Below are positions 13,501 through 26,445 of a stretch of DNA of 64,000 bases, piece by piece. Origin of the DNA: Eledone cirrhosa. Lineage: Eukaryota. Every line of letters starts with the position of its first letter. Position 1 is the first letter of the stretch. Below the pieces are notes generated by a model. It searched no databases. It was not told the origin of the DNA and worked only from the letters and a program-made list of their open reading frames with translations. The DNA lies in assembly GCA_964016885.1 (NCBI GenBank), contig OZ024741.1, forward strand, positions 4,402,001 to 4,466,000, given 5' to 3'. The position numbers and the translations under genes were made by a program.

Positions 13501-16500
13501 GTAGTACTGTTGTTGTTGGTAGTACTGTTGTTGTTGGTAGTACTGTTGTTGTTGGTAGTACTGTTGTTGTTGGTAGTACTGTTGTTGTTGTTGGTAGTAC
13601 TGTTGTTGTTGTTGGTAGTACTGTTGTTGTTGGTAGTACTGTTGTTGTTGGTAGTACTGTTGTTGTTGGTAGTTCTGTTGTTGTTGGTAGTACTGTTGTT
13701 GTTGGTAGTACTGTTGTTGTTGGTAGTACTGTTGTTGTTGTTGGTAGTAATGTTGTTGTTGTTGGTAGTACTGTTGTTGTTGGTAGTACTGTTGTTGTTG
13801 GTAGTACTGTTGTTGTTGGTAGTACTGTTGTTGTTGGTAGTACTGTTGTCGTTGTTGGTAGTACTGTTGTTTTTGGTAGTACTGTTGTTGTTGTTGGTAG
13901 TACTGTTGTTGTTGGTAGTACTGTTGTTGTTGGTAGTACTGTTGTTGTTGGTAGTACTGTTGTTGTTGTTGGTAGTACTGCTGTTGTTGTTGGTAGTACT
14001 GTTGTTGTTGGTAGTACTGTTGTTGTTGGTAGTACTGTTGTTGTTGGTAGTACTGTTGTTGTTGGTAGTACTGTTGTTGTTGTTGGTAGTACTGTTGTTG
14101 TTGGTAGTACTGTTGTTGTTGTTGGTAGTACTGTTGTTGTTGGTAGTACTGTTGTTGTTTGTAGTACTGTTGTTGTTGGTAGTACTGTTGTTGTTGGTAG
14201 TACTGTTGTTGTTGGTAGTACTGTTGTTGTTGGTAGTACTGTTGTTGTTGTTGGTAGTACTGTTGTTGTTGGTAGTACTGTTGTTGTTGTTGGTAGTACT
14301 GTTGTTGTTGGTAGTACTGTTGTTGTTGTTGGTAGTACTGTTGTTGTTGTTGGTAGTACTGTTGTTGTTGGTAGTACTGTTGTTGTTGTTGGTAGTACTG
14401 TTGTTGTTGTTGGTAGTACTGTTGTTGTTGGTAGTACTGTTGTTGTTGTTGGTAGTACTGTTGTTGTTGGTAGTACTGTTATTGTTGTTGGTAGTACTGT
14501 TGTTGTTGTTGGTAGTACTGTTGTTGTTGTTGGTAGTACTGCTGTTGTTGTTGGTAGTACTGTTGTTGTTGGTAGTACTGTTGTTGTTGTTGGTAGTACT
14601 GTTGTTGTTGTTGGTAGTACTGTTGTTGTTGGTAGTACTGTTGTTGTTGTTGGTAGTACTGTTGTTGTTGTTGGTAGTACTGTTGTTGTTGGTAGTACTG
14701 TTGTTGTTGTTGGTAGTACTGTTGTTGTTGGTAGTACTGTTGTTGTTGTTGGTAGTACTGTTGTTGTTGTTGGTAGTACTGTTGTTGTTGGTAGTACTGT
14801 TGTTGTTGTTGGTAGTACTGTTGTTGTTGGTAGTACTGTTGTTGTTGGTAGTACTGTTGTTGTTGTTGGTAGTACTGTTGTTGTTGTTGGTAGTACTGTT
14901 GTTGTTGGTAGTACTGTTGTTGTTGTTGGTAGTACTGTTGTTGTTGGTAGTACTGTTGTTGTTGTTGGTAGTACTGTTGTTGTTGGTAGTACTGTTGTTG
15001 TTGTTGGTAGTACTGTTGTTGTTGGTAGTACTATTGTTGTTGGTAGTACTGTTGTTGTTGGTAGTACTGTTGTTGTTGTTGGTAGTACTGTTGTTGTTGG
15101 TAGTACTGTTGTTGTTGTTGGTAGTACTGTTGTTGTTGGTAGTACTGTTGTTGTTGGTAGTACTGTTGTTGTTGTTGGTAGTACTGTTGTTGTTGTTGGT
15201 AGTACTGTTGTTGTTGTTGGTAGTACTGTTGTTGTTGTTGGTAGTACTGTTGTTGTTGGTAGTACTGTTGTTGTTGTTGGTAGTACTGTTGTTGTTGGTA
15301 GTACTGTTGTTGTTGTTGGTAGTACTGTTGTTGTTGTTGGTAGTACTGTTGTTGTTGGTAGTACTGTTGTTGTTGGTAGTACTGTTGTTGTTGTTGGTAG
15401 TACTGCTGTTGTTGTTGGTAGTACTGTTGTTGTTGGTAGTACTGTTGTTGTTGGTAGTACTGTTGTTGTTGGTAGTACTGTTGTTGTTGGTAGTACTGTT
15501 GTTGTTGTTGGTAGTACTGCTGTTGTTGTTGGTAGTACTGTTGTTGTTGTTGGTACTGCTGTTGTTGGTAGTACTGTTGTTGTTGGTAGTACTGTTGTTG
15601 TTGGTAGTACTGCTGTTGTTGTTGGTAGTACTGTTGTTGTTGGTAGTACTGTTGTTGTTGGTAGTACTGTTGTTGTTGTTGGTACTGCTGTTGTTGGTAG
15701 TACTGTTGTTGTTGGTAGTACTGTTGTTGTTGGTAGTACTGTTGTTGTTGTTGGTAGTACTGTTGTTGTTGGTAGTACTGTTGTTGTTGTTGGTAGTACT
15801 GTTGTTGTTGGTAGTACTGTTGTTGTTGGTAGTACTGCTGTTGTTGTTGGTAGTACTGTTGTTGTTGGTAGTACTGTTGTTGTTGGTAGTACTGCTGTTG
15901 TTGTTGGTAGTACTGTTGTTGTTGGTAGTACTGCTGTTGTTGTTGGTAGTACTGTTGTTGTTGGTAGTACTGTTGTTGTTGGTAGTACTGTTGTTGTTGG
16001 TAGTACTGCTGTTGTTGTTGGTAGTACTGTTGTTGTTGGTAGTACTGTTGTTGTTGTTGGTAGTACTGTTGTTGTTGTTGGTAGTACTGTTGTTGTTGGT
16101 AGTACTGCTGTTGTTGTTGGTAGTACTGTTGTTGTTGGTAGTACTGTTGTTGTTGGTAGTACTGCTGTTGTTGTTGGTAGTACTGTTGTTGTTGGTAGTA
16201 CTGTTGTTGTTGTTGGTAGTACTGCTGTTGTTGGTAGTACTGTTGTTGTTGGTAGTACTGTTGTTGTTGTTGGTAGTAGTACTGTTGTTGTTGGTAGTAC
16301 TGTTGTTGTTGTTGGTAGTACTGTTGTTGTTGGTAGTACTGCTGTTGTTGGTAGTACTGTTGTTGTTGGTAGTACTGTTGTTGTTGTTGGTAGTACTGTT
16401 GTTGTTGTTGGTAGTACTGTTGTTGTTGGTAGTACTGCTGTTGTTGGTAGTACTGTTGTTATTGGTAGTACTGTTGTTGTTGTTGGTAGTACTGTTGTTG

Positions 16501-19406
16501 TTGGTAGTACTGTTGTTGTTGGTAGTACTGTTGTTGTTGTTGGTAGTACTGTTGTTTTTGGTAGTACTGTTGTTGTTGTTGGTAGTACTGTTGTTGTTGG
16601 TAGTACTGTTGTTGTTGGTAGTACTGTTGTTGTTGGTAGTACTGTTGTTGTTGGTAGTACTGTTGTTGTTGGTAGTACTGTTGTTGTTGTTGGTAGTACT
16701 GTTGTTGTTGTTGGTAGTACTGTTGTTGTTGGTAGTACTGTTGTTGTTGGTAGTACTGTTGTTGTTGGTAGTACTGTTGTTGTTGTTGGTAGTACTGTTG
16801 TTGTTGTTGGTAGTACTGTTGTTGTTGGTAGTACTGTTGTTGTTGGTAGTACTGTTGTTGTTAGTAGTACTGTTGTTGTTGGTAGTACTGTTGTTGTTGG
16901 TAGTACTGTTGTTGTTGTTGGTAGTACTGTTGTTGTTGTTGGTAGTACTGTTGTTGTTGGTAGTACTGTTGTTGTTGGTAGTACTGTTGTTGTTGGTAGT
17001 TCTGTTGTTGTTGGTAGTACTGTTGTTGTTGGTAGTACTGTTGTTGTTGGTAGTACTGTTGTTGTTGTTGGTAGTACTGTTGTTGTTGTTGGTAGTACTG
17101 TTGTTGTTGGTAGTACTGTTGTTGTTGGTAGTACTGTTGTTGTTGGTAGTACTGTTGTTGTTGGTAGTACTGCTGTTGTTGGTAGTACTGTTGTTGTTGT
17201 TGGTAGTACTGTTGTTGTTGGTAGTACTGTTGTTGTTGGTAGTACTGTTGTTGTTGGTAGTACTGTTGTTGTTGTTGGTAGTACTGCTGTTGTTGTTGGT
17301 AGTATTGTTGTTGTTGGTAGTACTGTTGTTGTTGGTAGTACTGTTGTTGTTGGTAGTACTGTTGTTGTTGTTGGTAGTACTGTTGTTGTTGTTGGTAGTA
17401 CTGTTGTTGTTGTTGGTAGTACTGTTGTTGTTGGTAGTACTGTTGTTGTTGGTAGTACTGTTGTTGTTGTTGGTAGTACTGTTGTTGTTGGTAGTACTGT
17501 TGTTGTTGGTAGTACTGTTATTGTTGTTGGTAGTACTGTTGTTGTTGGTAGTACTGTTGTTGTTTGTAGTACTGTTGTTGTTGGTAGTACTGTTGTTGTT
17601 GGTAGTACTGTTGTTGTTGGTAGTACTGTTGTTGTTGTTGGTAGTACTGTTGTTGTTGGTAGTACTGTTGTTGTTTGTAGTACTGTTGTTGTTGGTAGTA
17701 CTGTTGTTGTTGGTAGTACTGTTGTTGTTGGTAGTACTGTTGTTGTTGGTAGTACTGTTGTTGTTGTTGGTAGTACTGTTGTTGTTGGTAGTACTGTTGT
17801 TGTTGTTGGTAGTACTGCTGTTGTTGGTAGTACTGTTGTTGTTGGTAGTACTGTTGTTGTTGGTACTACTGTTGTTGTTGGTAGTACTGTTGTTGTTGGT
17901 AGTACTGTTGTTGTTGGTACTACTGTTGTTGTTGGTAGTACTGTTGTTGTTGGTAGTACTGTTGTTGTTGTTGGTAGTACTGTTGTTGTTGGTACTACTG
18001 TTGTTGTTGGTAGTACTGTTGTTGTTGGTACTACTGTTGTTGTTGGTAGTACTGTTGTTGTTGGTAGTACTGTTGTTGTTGGTAGTACTGTTGTTGTTGG
18101 TAGTACTGTTGTTGTTGGTACTACTGTTGTTGTTGGTAGTACTGTTGTTGTTGGTAGTACTGTTGTTGTTGGTACTACTGTTGTTGTTGGTAGTACTGTT
18201 GTTGTTGGTAGTACTGTTGTTGTTGGTAGTACTGTTGTTGTTGGTACTACTGTTGTTGTTGGTAGTACTGTTGTTGTTGGTAGTACTGTTGTTGTTGGTA
18301 CTACTGTTGTTGTTGGTAGTACTGTTGTTGTTGGTAGTACTGTTGTTGTTGTTGGTAGTACTGTTGTTGTTGGTAGTACTGTTGCTGTTGGTAGTACTGT
18401 TGTTGTTGTTGGTAGTACTGTTGTTGTTGTTGGTAGTACTGTTGTTGTTGTTGGTAGTACTGTTGTTGTTGGTAGTACTGTTGTTGTTGTTGGTAGTACT
18501 GTTGTTGTTGTTGGTAGTACTGTTGTTGTTGGTAGTACTGTTGCTGTTGGTAGTACTGTTGTTGTTGTTGGTAGTACTGTTGCTGTTGGTAGTACTGTTG
18601 TTGTTGTTGGTAGTACTGTTGTTGTTGTTGGTAGTACTGTTGTTGTTGTTGGTACTACTGTTGTTGTTGGTAGTACTGTTGTTGTTGTTGGTAGTACTGT
18701 TGTTGTTGTTGGTAGTACTGTTGTTGTTGGTAGTACTGTTGCTGTTGGTAGTACTGTTGTTGTTGTTGGTAGTACTGTTGTTGTTGGTAGTACTGTTGCT
18801 GTTGGTAGTACTGTTGTTGTTGTTGGTAGTACTGTTGTTGTTGTTGGTAGTACTGTTGTTGTTGTTGGTAGTACTGTTGTTGTTGGTAGTACTGTTGTTG
18901 TTGGTAGTACTGTTGTTGTTGTTGGTAGTACTGTTGTTGTTGGTAGTACTGTTGTTGTTGTTGGTAGTACTGTTGTTGTTGTTGGTAGTACTGTTGTTGT
19001 TGGTAGTACTGTTGTTGTTGGTAGTACTGTTGTTGTTGTTGGTAGTACTGTTGTTGTTGGTAGTACTGTTGTTGTTGTTGGTAGTACTGTTGTTGTTGTT
19101 GGTATTACTGTTGTTGTTGGTAGTACTGTTGTTGTTGTTGGTAGTACTGTTGTTGTTGTTGGTAGTACTGTTGTTGTTGGTAGTACTGTTGTTGTTGGTA
19201 GTACTGTTGTTGTTGGTAGTACTGTTGTTGTTGTTGGTAGTGCTGTTGTTGTTGTTGGTAGTACTGTTGTTGTTGGTAGTACTGTTGTTGTTGTTGGTAG
19301 TACTGTTGTTGTTGTTGGTAGTACTGTTGTTGTTGTTGGTAGTACTGTTGTTGTTGGTAGTACTGTTGTTGTTGGTAGTACTGTTGTTGTTGGTAGTACT
19401 GTTGTT
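4598..19406. repeat. ~14.8-kb minisatellite, unit (GTT)2-3 GGTAGTACT (15/18 bp); mucin-like VLPTTT(T) frame on the minus strand
   Basis: Directly visible. 12918-19406 is frame-intact, while 9223-12917 has many 1-2 bp indels. Confidence 0.97.
9023..9222. other. Assembly gap (200 N) inside the array
   Basis: Run of N, so the true array length is unknown. Confidence 0.99.
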
Positions 19407-19507
19407 GAAGCAGTGCCTGGTAGATTTAACCCATTACTATTTAAACCGACCGTATCCGACCAGAATTTTCTCGCATCTTTCTGTTTCAACCGGCCATAAC
19501 TAGCTGC
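12918..19507 (-). CDS. Possible Thr/Pro-rich mucin-like exon (unverified)
   Basis: A unique in-frame leader AASYGRLKQKDARKFWSDTVGLNSNGLNLPGTAST is followed by >2000 aa of VLPTTT(T). There is no in-frame ATG (the ORF track start is TTG), an in-frame TGA lies at 19508-19510, and nearby acceptors are weak. Confidence 0.3.
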
Positions 19508-19932
19508 TCATACTGACATTAAGGTATTAAAGTCTTTACTACAAAAGTACAATAGTATATATGGAGTAATGTAAATGCTAAAGGGTTCAGGCTGTAATAA
19601 AGAAAGAAATTGAGTTCATTGAATGTTTTCTGTAACATATGTGAAAATATTAAGAACTAATCTATAAGTTTTCAAGTAAATTGGTTCTGATTTGGCTGAA
19701 TTACATCGTATAACCTCTGTAACCGGAGTTTGGTGTCACTCTGTAGAGTTTCCATTGCAGGAGGAGCTACATATCTGTTTTCTTGTCATGTGACATACTT
19801 GTTTTTTGGATCAGGTGAGACAAATATTTACAATCGTAAATGAAGTGTGTCATATCTAGTGTCAGGTGATTTCCTGTCAATTACATTTCTGGGGGATAAT
19901 TTACTAAATCATAGATACTATCATCTAGAAAG

Positions 19933-20305
19933 ATGTCTTTGTGTGTCTGTGTGTGTGTGAATGTATGTGTCAGCGTGTGTCTGTGTGTGTCTGTGTGTGT
20001 GTCTGTAAGTGTCTGTATGTGTGTGTCTGTGTGTGTGTATGTGTGTGTGTGTGTCTGTGTGTCTGTGTGTGTATGTATGTATGTGTCAGCGTGTGTCTGT
20101 GTGTGTCTGTCTGTGTGTGTGTCTGTGTGTGTCTGTGTGTGTCTGTATGACTGTGTCTGTGTGTGTGTGTATGTGTGTGTGTATGTGTGTATGTGTGTCT
20201 GTGTGTTAGTGTGTGTATATATGTATGTGTCAGCGTGTGTCTGTGTGTGTGTATCTGTGTGTGTCTGTATGTGTGTTTCTGTGTGTGTCTGTGTGTGTGT
20301 ATGTG
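19933..20305. repeat. Compound (GT)n/(GTCT) microsatellite
   Basis: Directly visible. Confidence 0.95.
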
Positions 20306-20357
20306 TTAGCCTCGCCACAATGAACATAAACCAACCAACAACAGCCAAATATCAATT

Positions 20358-20417
20358 AACAACAACAAAAACAACAGCAACAGCAGCAGCAGCAGCAGCA
20401 GGAGCAGCAGCAGCAGA
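20358..20417. repeat. (CAA)n/(CAG)n trinucleotide tract
   Basis: Directly visible. Confidence 0.9.
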
Positions 20418-20577
20418 TAACTGGGGAATTAAGTTAGGAATAAACGGAAAAAATGAAACAAAATTTCATTTCCCACTCTTACATACTTATATTTAAGTTA
20501 GGAATTTTTTATTGAACAATTTTTAATTGGAAAGAAGAGGAAAATAAATGAGAAGGAACAGTTAGAGGTAATTAGTA

Positions 20578-23500
20578 CACCCCGGGTGGTATATCACACC
20601 ATGGGAGGTATATCTCAACCCAGTCTCGTGGTATATCTCACCCCAGTCTAGTGGTATATCTACCCCAGTCTAGTTGTATATTTCACCCCAGTCTAGTGGT
20701 ATATCTCACCCCAGTCTAATGGTATATCTCACCCAAGTCTAGTGGTATATTTCACCCCAGTCTAGTGGTATATCTCACCCCAGTCTAGTGGTATATTTCA
20801 CCCCAGTCTAGTGGCATATTTCACCCCAGTCTAGTGGTATATCTCACCCAAGTCTAGTGGTATATCTCACCCCAGTCTAGTGGTATATCTCACCCAAGTC
20901 TAGTGGTATATCTCACCCCAATCTAGTGGTATATCTCACCCCAGTCTTGTGGTATATTTCACCCAAGTCTAGTGGTATATCTCACCCCAGTCTAGTGGTA
21001 TATTTCACCCCAGTCTAGTGGTATATCTCACCCCAGTCGAGTGATATATTTCACCCCAGTCTAGTGGTATATCACACCCCAGTCTAATGGTATATCTCAC
21101 CCCAGTCTAATGGTATATCTCACCCCAGTCTAGTGGTATATCACACCCCAGTCTAGTGGTATATTTCACCCCATTCTAGTGGTATATCTCACCCCAGTCT
21201 AGTGGTATATCTCACCCCAGTCTAGTGGTATATCACACCCCAGTCTAGTGGTATATTTCACCCCAGTCTAGTGGTATATCTCACCCCAGTCTAGTGGTAT
21301 ATCACACCCCAGTCTAGTGGTATATCTACCCCAGTCTAGTGGTATATCTCACCCCAGTCTAGTGGTATATCTCACCCCAGTCTAATGGTATATCTCACCC
21401 CAGTCTAGTGGTATATCTCACCCCAGTCTAGTGGTATATCTCACCCCAGTCTAGTGGTATATTTCACCCCAGTCTAGTGGTATATTTCACCCCAGTCTAA
21501 TGGTATATTTCACCCCAGTCTAGTGGTATATCACACCCCAGTCTAGTGGTATATCTCACCCCAGTCTAATGGTATATCTCACCCCAATCTAGTGGTATAT
21601 CTCACCCCAGTCTAGTGGTATATCTCACCCCAGTCTAGTGGTATATTACACCCCACGTAGTATATCACACCCAGTCCAGGTGGTATATCACACCCTGTCC
21701 AGGTGGTATGTCACACCCCAGGTGGTATATCTCACCCCAAGTGGTATTACTCACCTCAAATGGCATATCTCACCCCATGTGGTATATCTCACCCCATGTG
21801 GTATATCTCACCCCAGGTGGTATATCTCACACCAGGTGGTACATCTCACCCCAGATGGCATATATCACCCCTGTCTAGGTGGTATATCACACCCCAGGTG
21901 GTATATCACACCCCAGGTGGCGTATCACACTCCAGTCTAGGTGGTATATTAGACCCCAGGTGGTATATCACACCCCAGTCTAGGTGGTATATCTCACCCC
22001 CGGTGGTATATCTCACCCTAGGTGGTATGTCTCACTCAAGGTGGTATATCTCACCCCAGGTGGTATATCACACCCCAGTCTAGGTGGTATATCTCACCCT
22101 AGGTGGTATGTCTCACTCAAGGTGGTATATCTCACCCCAGGTGGTATATCACACCCCAGTCTAGGTGGTATATCTCACCCTAGGTGGTATGTCTCACTCA
22201 AGGTGGTATATCTCACCCCAGGTGGTACATCACACCCCAGTCTAGGTGGTATATCTCACCCCAGGTGGTGTATCACACCCCAGTCTAGGTGGTATATCAC
22301 ACCCCAGGTGGTATATCACACCCCAGTCTAGGTAGTATATCTCACCCCAGGTGGTATATCTCACTCCAGGTGGTATATTTCACCCCAGGTGGTATATCAC
22401 ACCCCAGTCTAGGTGGTATATCACACCCAGGTGGTATATCACACCCCAGGTGTTATATCACACCCCAGATGGTATATCACACCCTAGGTGGTATATGCCA
22501 CCTACACCCCAGTCAAGGTGGTATATCACATCCCAGGAGGTATATCTCATTTACACCCCAGTCCAGGTGGTATATCACACCCCATGTGGTATATCTCCCC
22601 CCAGTCTAGGTGGTATATCACACCCCAGACCAGGTGGTATCTCACACCCCATGTGGTATATCTCACCCCAGTCTAGTGGTATATCTCACCCAAGTCTAGT
22701 GGTATATCTCACCCCAATCTAGTGGTATATCTCACCCCAGTCTAGTGGTATATTTCACCCAAGTCTAGTGGTATATCTCACCCCGGTCTAGTGGTATATT
22801 TCACCCCAGTCTAGTGGTATATCTCACCCCAGTCGAGTGATATATTTCACCCCAGTCTAGTGGTATATCACACCCCAGTCTAATGGTATATCTCACCCCA
22901 GTCTAATGGTATATCTCACCCCAGTCTAGTGGTATATCACACCCCAGTCTAGTGGTATATTTCACCCCATTCTAGTGGTATATTTCACCCCAGTCTAGTG
23001 GTATATTTCACCCCAGTCTAATGGTATATTTCACCCCAGTCTAGTGGTATATCACACCCCAGTCTAGTGGTATATCTCACCCCAGTCTAATGGTATATCT
23101 CACCCCAATCTAGTGGTATATCTCACCCCAGTCTAGTGGTATATCTCACCCCAGTCTAGTGGCATATTTCACCCCAGTCTAGTGGTATATCTCACCCCAG
23201 TCTAATGGTATATCTCACCCAAGTCTAATGGTATATCTCACCCCAGTCTAGTGGCATATTTCACCCCAGTCGAGTGGCATATTTCACCCCAATCTAGTGG
23301 TATATTTCACCCCAGTCCAGGTGGTATATCACACCCTGTCCAGGTGGTATGTCACACCCCAGGTGGTATATCTCACCCCAAGTGGTATTACTCACCTCAA
23401 ATGGCATATCTCACCCCATGTGGTATATCTCACCCCAGGTGGTATATTACACCCCACGTAGTATATCACACCCAGTCCAGGTGGTATATCACACCCTGTC

Positions 23501-24825
23501 CAGGTGGTATGTCACACCCCAGGTGGTATATCTCACCCCAAGTGGTATTACTCACCTCAAATGGCATATCTCACCCCATGTGGTATATCTCACCCCATGT
23601 GGTATATCTCACCCCAGGTGGTATATCTCACACCAGGTGGTACATCTCACCCCAGATGGCATATATCACCCCTGTCTAGGTGGTATATCACACCCCAGGT
23701 GGTATATCACACCCCAGGTGGCGTATCACACTCCAGTCTAGGTCGTATATCAGACCCCAGGTGGTATATCACACCCCAGTCTAGGTGGTATATCTCACCC
23801 CAGGTGGTATATCTCACCCTAGGTGGTATGTCTCACTCAAGGTGGTATATCTCACCCCAGGTGGTATATCACACCCCAGTCTAGGTGGTATATCTCACCC
23901 TAGGTGGTATGTCTCACTCAAGGTGGTATATCTCACCTCAGGTGGTATATCACACCCCAGTCTAGGTGGTATATCTCAACCTAGGTGGTATGTCTCACTC
24001 AAGGTGGTATATCTCACCCCAGGTGGTATATCACACCCCAGTCTAGGTGGTATATTTCACCCCAGGTGGTGTATCACACCCCAGTCTAGGTGGTATATCA
24101 CACCCCAGGTGGTATATCACACCCCAGTCTAGGTAGTATATCTCACCCCAGGTGGTATATCTCACTCCAGGTGGTATATTTCACCCCAGGTGGTATATCA
24201 CACCCCAGTCTAGGTGGTATATCACACCCAGGTGGTATATCACATCCCAGGTGGTATATCACACCCCAGATGGTATATCACACCCTAGGTGGTATATGCC
24301 ACCTACACCCCAGTCAAGGTGGTATATCACATCCCAGGAGGTATATCTCATTTACACCCCAGTCCAGGTGGTATATCACACCCCATGTGGTATATCTCCC
24401 CCCAGTCTAGGTGGTATATCACACCCCAGACCAGGTGGTATCTCACACCCCATGTGGTATATCTCACCCCAGTCTAGGTGGTATATCTCACCCCAGGTGG
24501 TATATCACACCCCAGGTGGTATATCTCACCCCAGTCTAGGTGTTATATCTCACCCCAGGTGGTATATCACACCCCAGGTGGTATATCTCACCCCAGTCTA
24601 GGTGGTATATCTCACCCCAGTCTAGGTGGTATATCCCACCCTAGTCCAGGTGGTATATCTCACCCCAGTCTAGGAGGTATATTTCACCATCACTCCAGCC
24701 TAGGTGGTATATCCTACCCCAGTCCAGGTGGTATATCACACCCCAGGTTAGGTAGTATATCACACCCCAGGTGGTATATCTCACCTATACTCTAGTCTAG
24801 GTGACATATCTCACCCCAGATGGTA
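20578..24825. repeat. Minisatellite with 23-bp unit TAGTGGTATATCTCACCCCAGTC plus 19/24-bp variants and a ~1.8-kb higher-order duplication
   Basis: Directly visible. Variant blocks recur at a 1801-bp offset (21703/23504, 21984/23785). Confidence 0.96.
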
Positions 24826-24884
24826 GTTCACTATAGTTGTAAGGTGCTGGAAGGGGGGGGGGGGGGGGGAATCGTTAACATGTC

Positions 24885-25000
24885 AAGGTTGACCGAAAGA
24901 GTATGATTGCAAATACAAGTGGCTAAAATGGGGTTCCTCCGAAGGGTCTGTGGTGTAATGTTACTGATTGAGTGTGTAGCTCGGAAATCAGAGGGTCACT
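24885..25000 (+). mobile_element. Old RTE C-terminal fragment between a poly-G and a poly-C tract
   Basis: Translates to QIQVAKMGFLRRVCGV, an RTE C-terminal motif (EM.FLRR..G). Confidence 0.6.
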
Positions 25001-25245
25001 TAAAAAACTTAGAAAAAATATTGACCCCCCCCCCCCCCCCCCCCCCCCCCCTCGTTCCCTATTATTTGAGACCCAAGAGTAGATACCAAATTATATGTTT
25101 AGAAAGCTAAATATGGTTTTGCAGGACATGTTTGAATTTTAATTTATAGTTGATGAAATAGGGGTTTGTTGGTGTGTTTGATTGTGCTCATGAATGGCTT
25201 CAGTTTGGTTTAGATTTCTTCATGTTTATTTGAGCCATAAACGGT

Positions 25246-25797
25246 CATCATCATCATTATCATCATCATCATCATCATCATCATCATCGTTTAACGTCTA
25301 TCTTCCACGCTAGCATCGGTTTAGACGGGAATTGTCCCACGTGAGGCAAGATTGGTCGTCTCGTTCATATAGGACTGTCTGGCGGGTTTTCTACGGCTGG
25401 ATGCCCTTCCTAACACCAACCACGTTTACAGTGTGGACTGGGAGGTTTTTACTGTTACCTACACAACCACATTACAGCGTGGACTGTGTGTTTTTTTTGT
25501 TGTGACACCTACACAACCTCATTTGTTTCGGACTGGATGTTGTGGCACCAACATAACTTTAGGTGTAGATGGGGGTGGGGGTAAGAGTAGTGGGATGGGG
25601 GTGTATTTTTGGTTAGGAGGTGCCTACTGACTGTAGGTTTTGCTTTGTACTTAGGCAAGGCGGGTCTTCTATATTACTGCATAGCGCCAAAGATCTCGGT
25701 CCAGTGTCTTGGAGAGGAAGTGTGTAAGGTCGGAATTTATCAAATCGTTCCAGGTTTTTCTGGGTCTACCTACTCCGTAGCTTCCATCTATTTTATA
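25246..25797 (-). mobile_element. RTE family A-like 3' end (ORF end, 3' UTR, (GAT)n tail)
   Basis: Reverse complement of sequence like 27250-27910, more diverged. Confidence 0.85.
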
Positions 25798-26276
25798 CTA
25801 GCCGAATTACCCGCGCTTTGCTGCGATTCACACATTTTTTTTTGTAAAAAAATGTTGATTGATTTTAAATCAGTGATATAATTTATGGAGAAAAACTCTG
25901 CATTTCAATATTACTCAATGTAAAATGTAATGGATGAAAAATTGGAAAATATTATTTTTTGCAATTCTTATTTTGTTTCTTGTAAATAATTTTTTTGAAA
26001 ATATCAATTCAAAACTTTTGTGAATAGGCATCATATCTTGTCATTTAGCTATGGTTTAAATTTCATATAAATTGAAGGGGAAAAATTTTCAGCGGGGATT
26101 TTGTGCCTCTGGGGAACTCTGTGATTAAAATGAAATATACTTATCCAAGTACCCTGGGCAATGTAGTTTCAGAATATATATGGTTATGGGGGTCTATCTC
26201 CAAAATCAAAGGAGGAGTTCGTGAACAAACAAACAAACAAACAAACAGACAGGAACTATAACTTTATATATATAGA
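25798..26276 (-). mobile_element. Non-autonomous Helitron-like element
   Basis: On the minus strand it starts A|TCTATATATATAAAG, has a (GTTT)n tract near the 5' end, and ends with a GC hairpin CGCAGCAAAGCGCG then CTAG|T. No TSD. Confidence 0.75.
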
Positions 26277-26284
26277 TATATATC

Positions 26285-26440
26285 GATGAACTGGACTCCA
26301 CCTGGTGGCAAATGGAAGCAGGGTTGCCCCAGGATCACCCGGCGACGAACGTTAAAAAAAAAAACTGATGGCAGTCAACATCACTGGCTCGATGCGCTGA
26401 AAGGCGCGGAAGAACCTAAGATGATATAAGATAAGAAGAT
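26285..26440 (+). mobile_element. Old RTE 3' terminal fragment
   Basis: Translates to NWTPPGGKWKQGCPRITRRRT, like the RTE motif WTP.GKR.RGRP..TW. Confidence 0.55.
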
Positions 26441-26445
26441 ATATA

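Noticed and set aside
4568-19503. Plus-strand poly-L/V and GSTVVV ORFs, and minus-strand YYQQQ/STTNNN frames
   Set aside because: They are by-products of a stop-poor repeat unit and have no unique coding context.
19508-19510. In-frame TGA as selenocysteine
   Set aside because: No recognisable SECIS or selenoprotein context. A true stop or non-coding DNA is simpler.
21638-24795. GGISHP/RWYITP repeat ORFs
   Set aside because: Unit lengths of 19 and 23 are not multiples of 3, so frames shift and stop constantly.
24853-25051. Poly-G and poly-C tracts forming a hairpin or G-quadruplex
   Set aside because: Homopolymer lengths are unreliable and the interior is an old RTE fragment, with no evidence of function.
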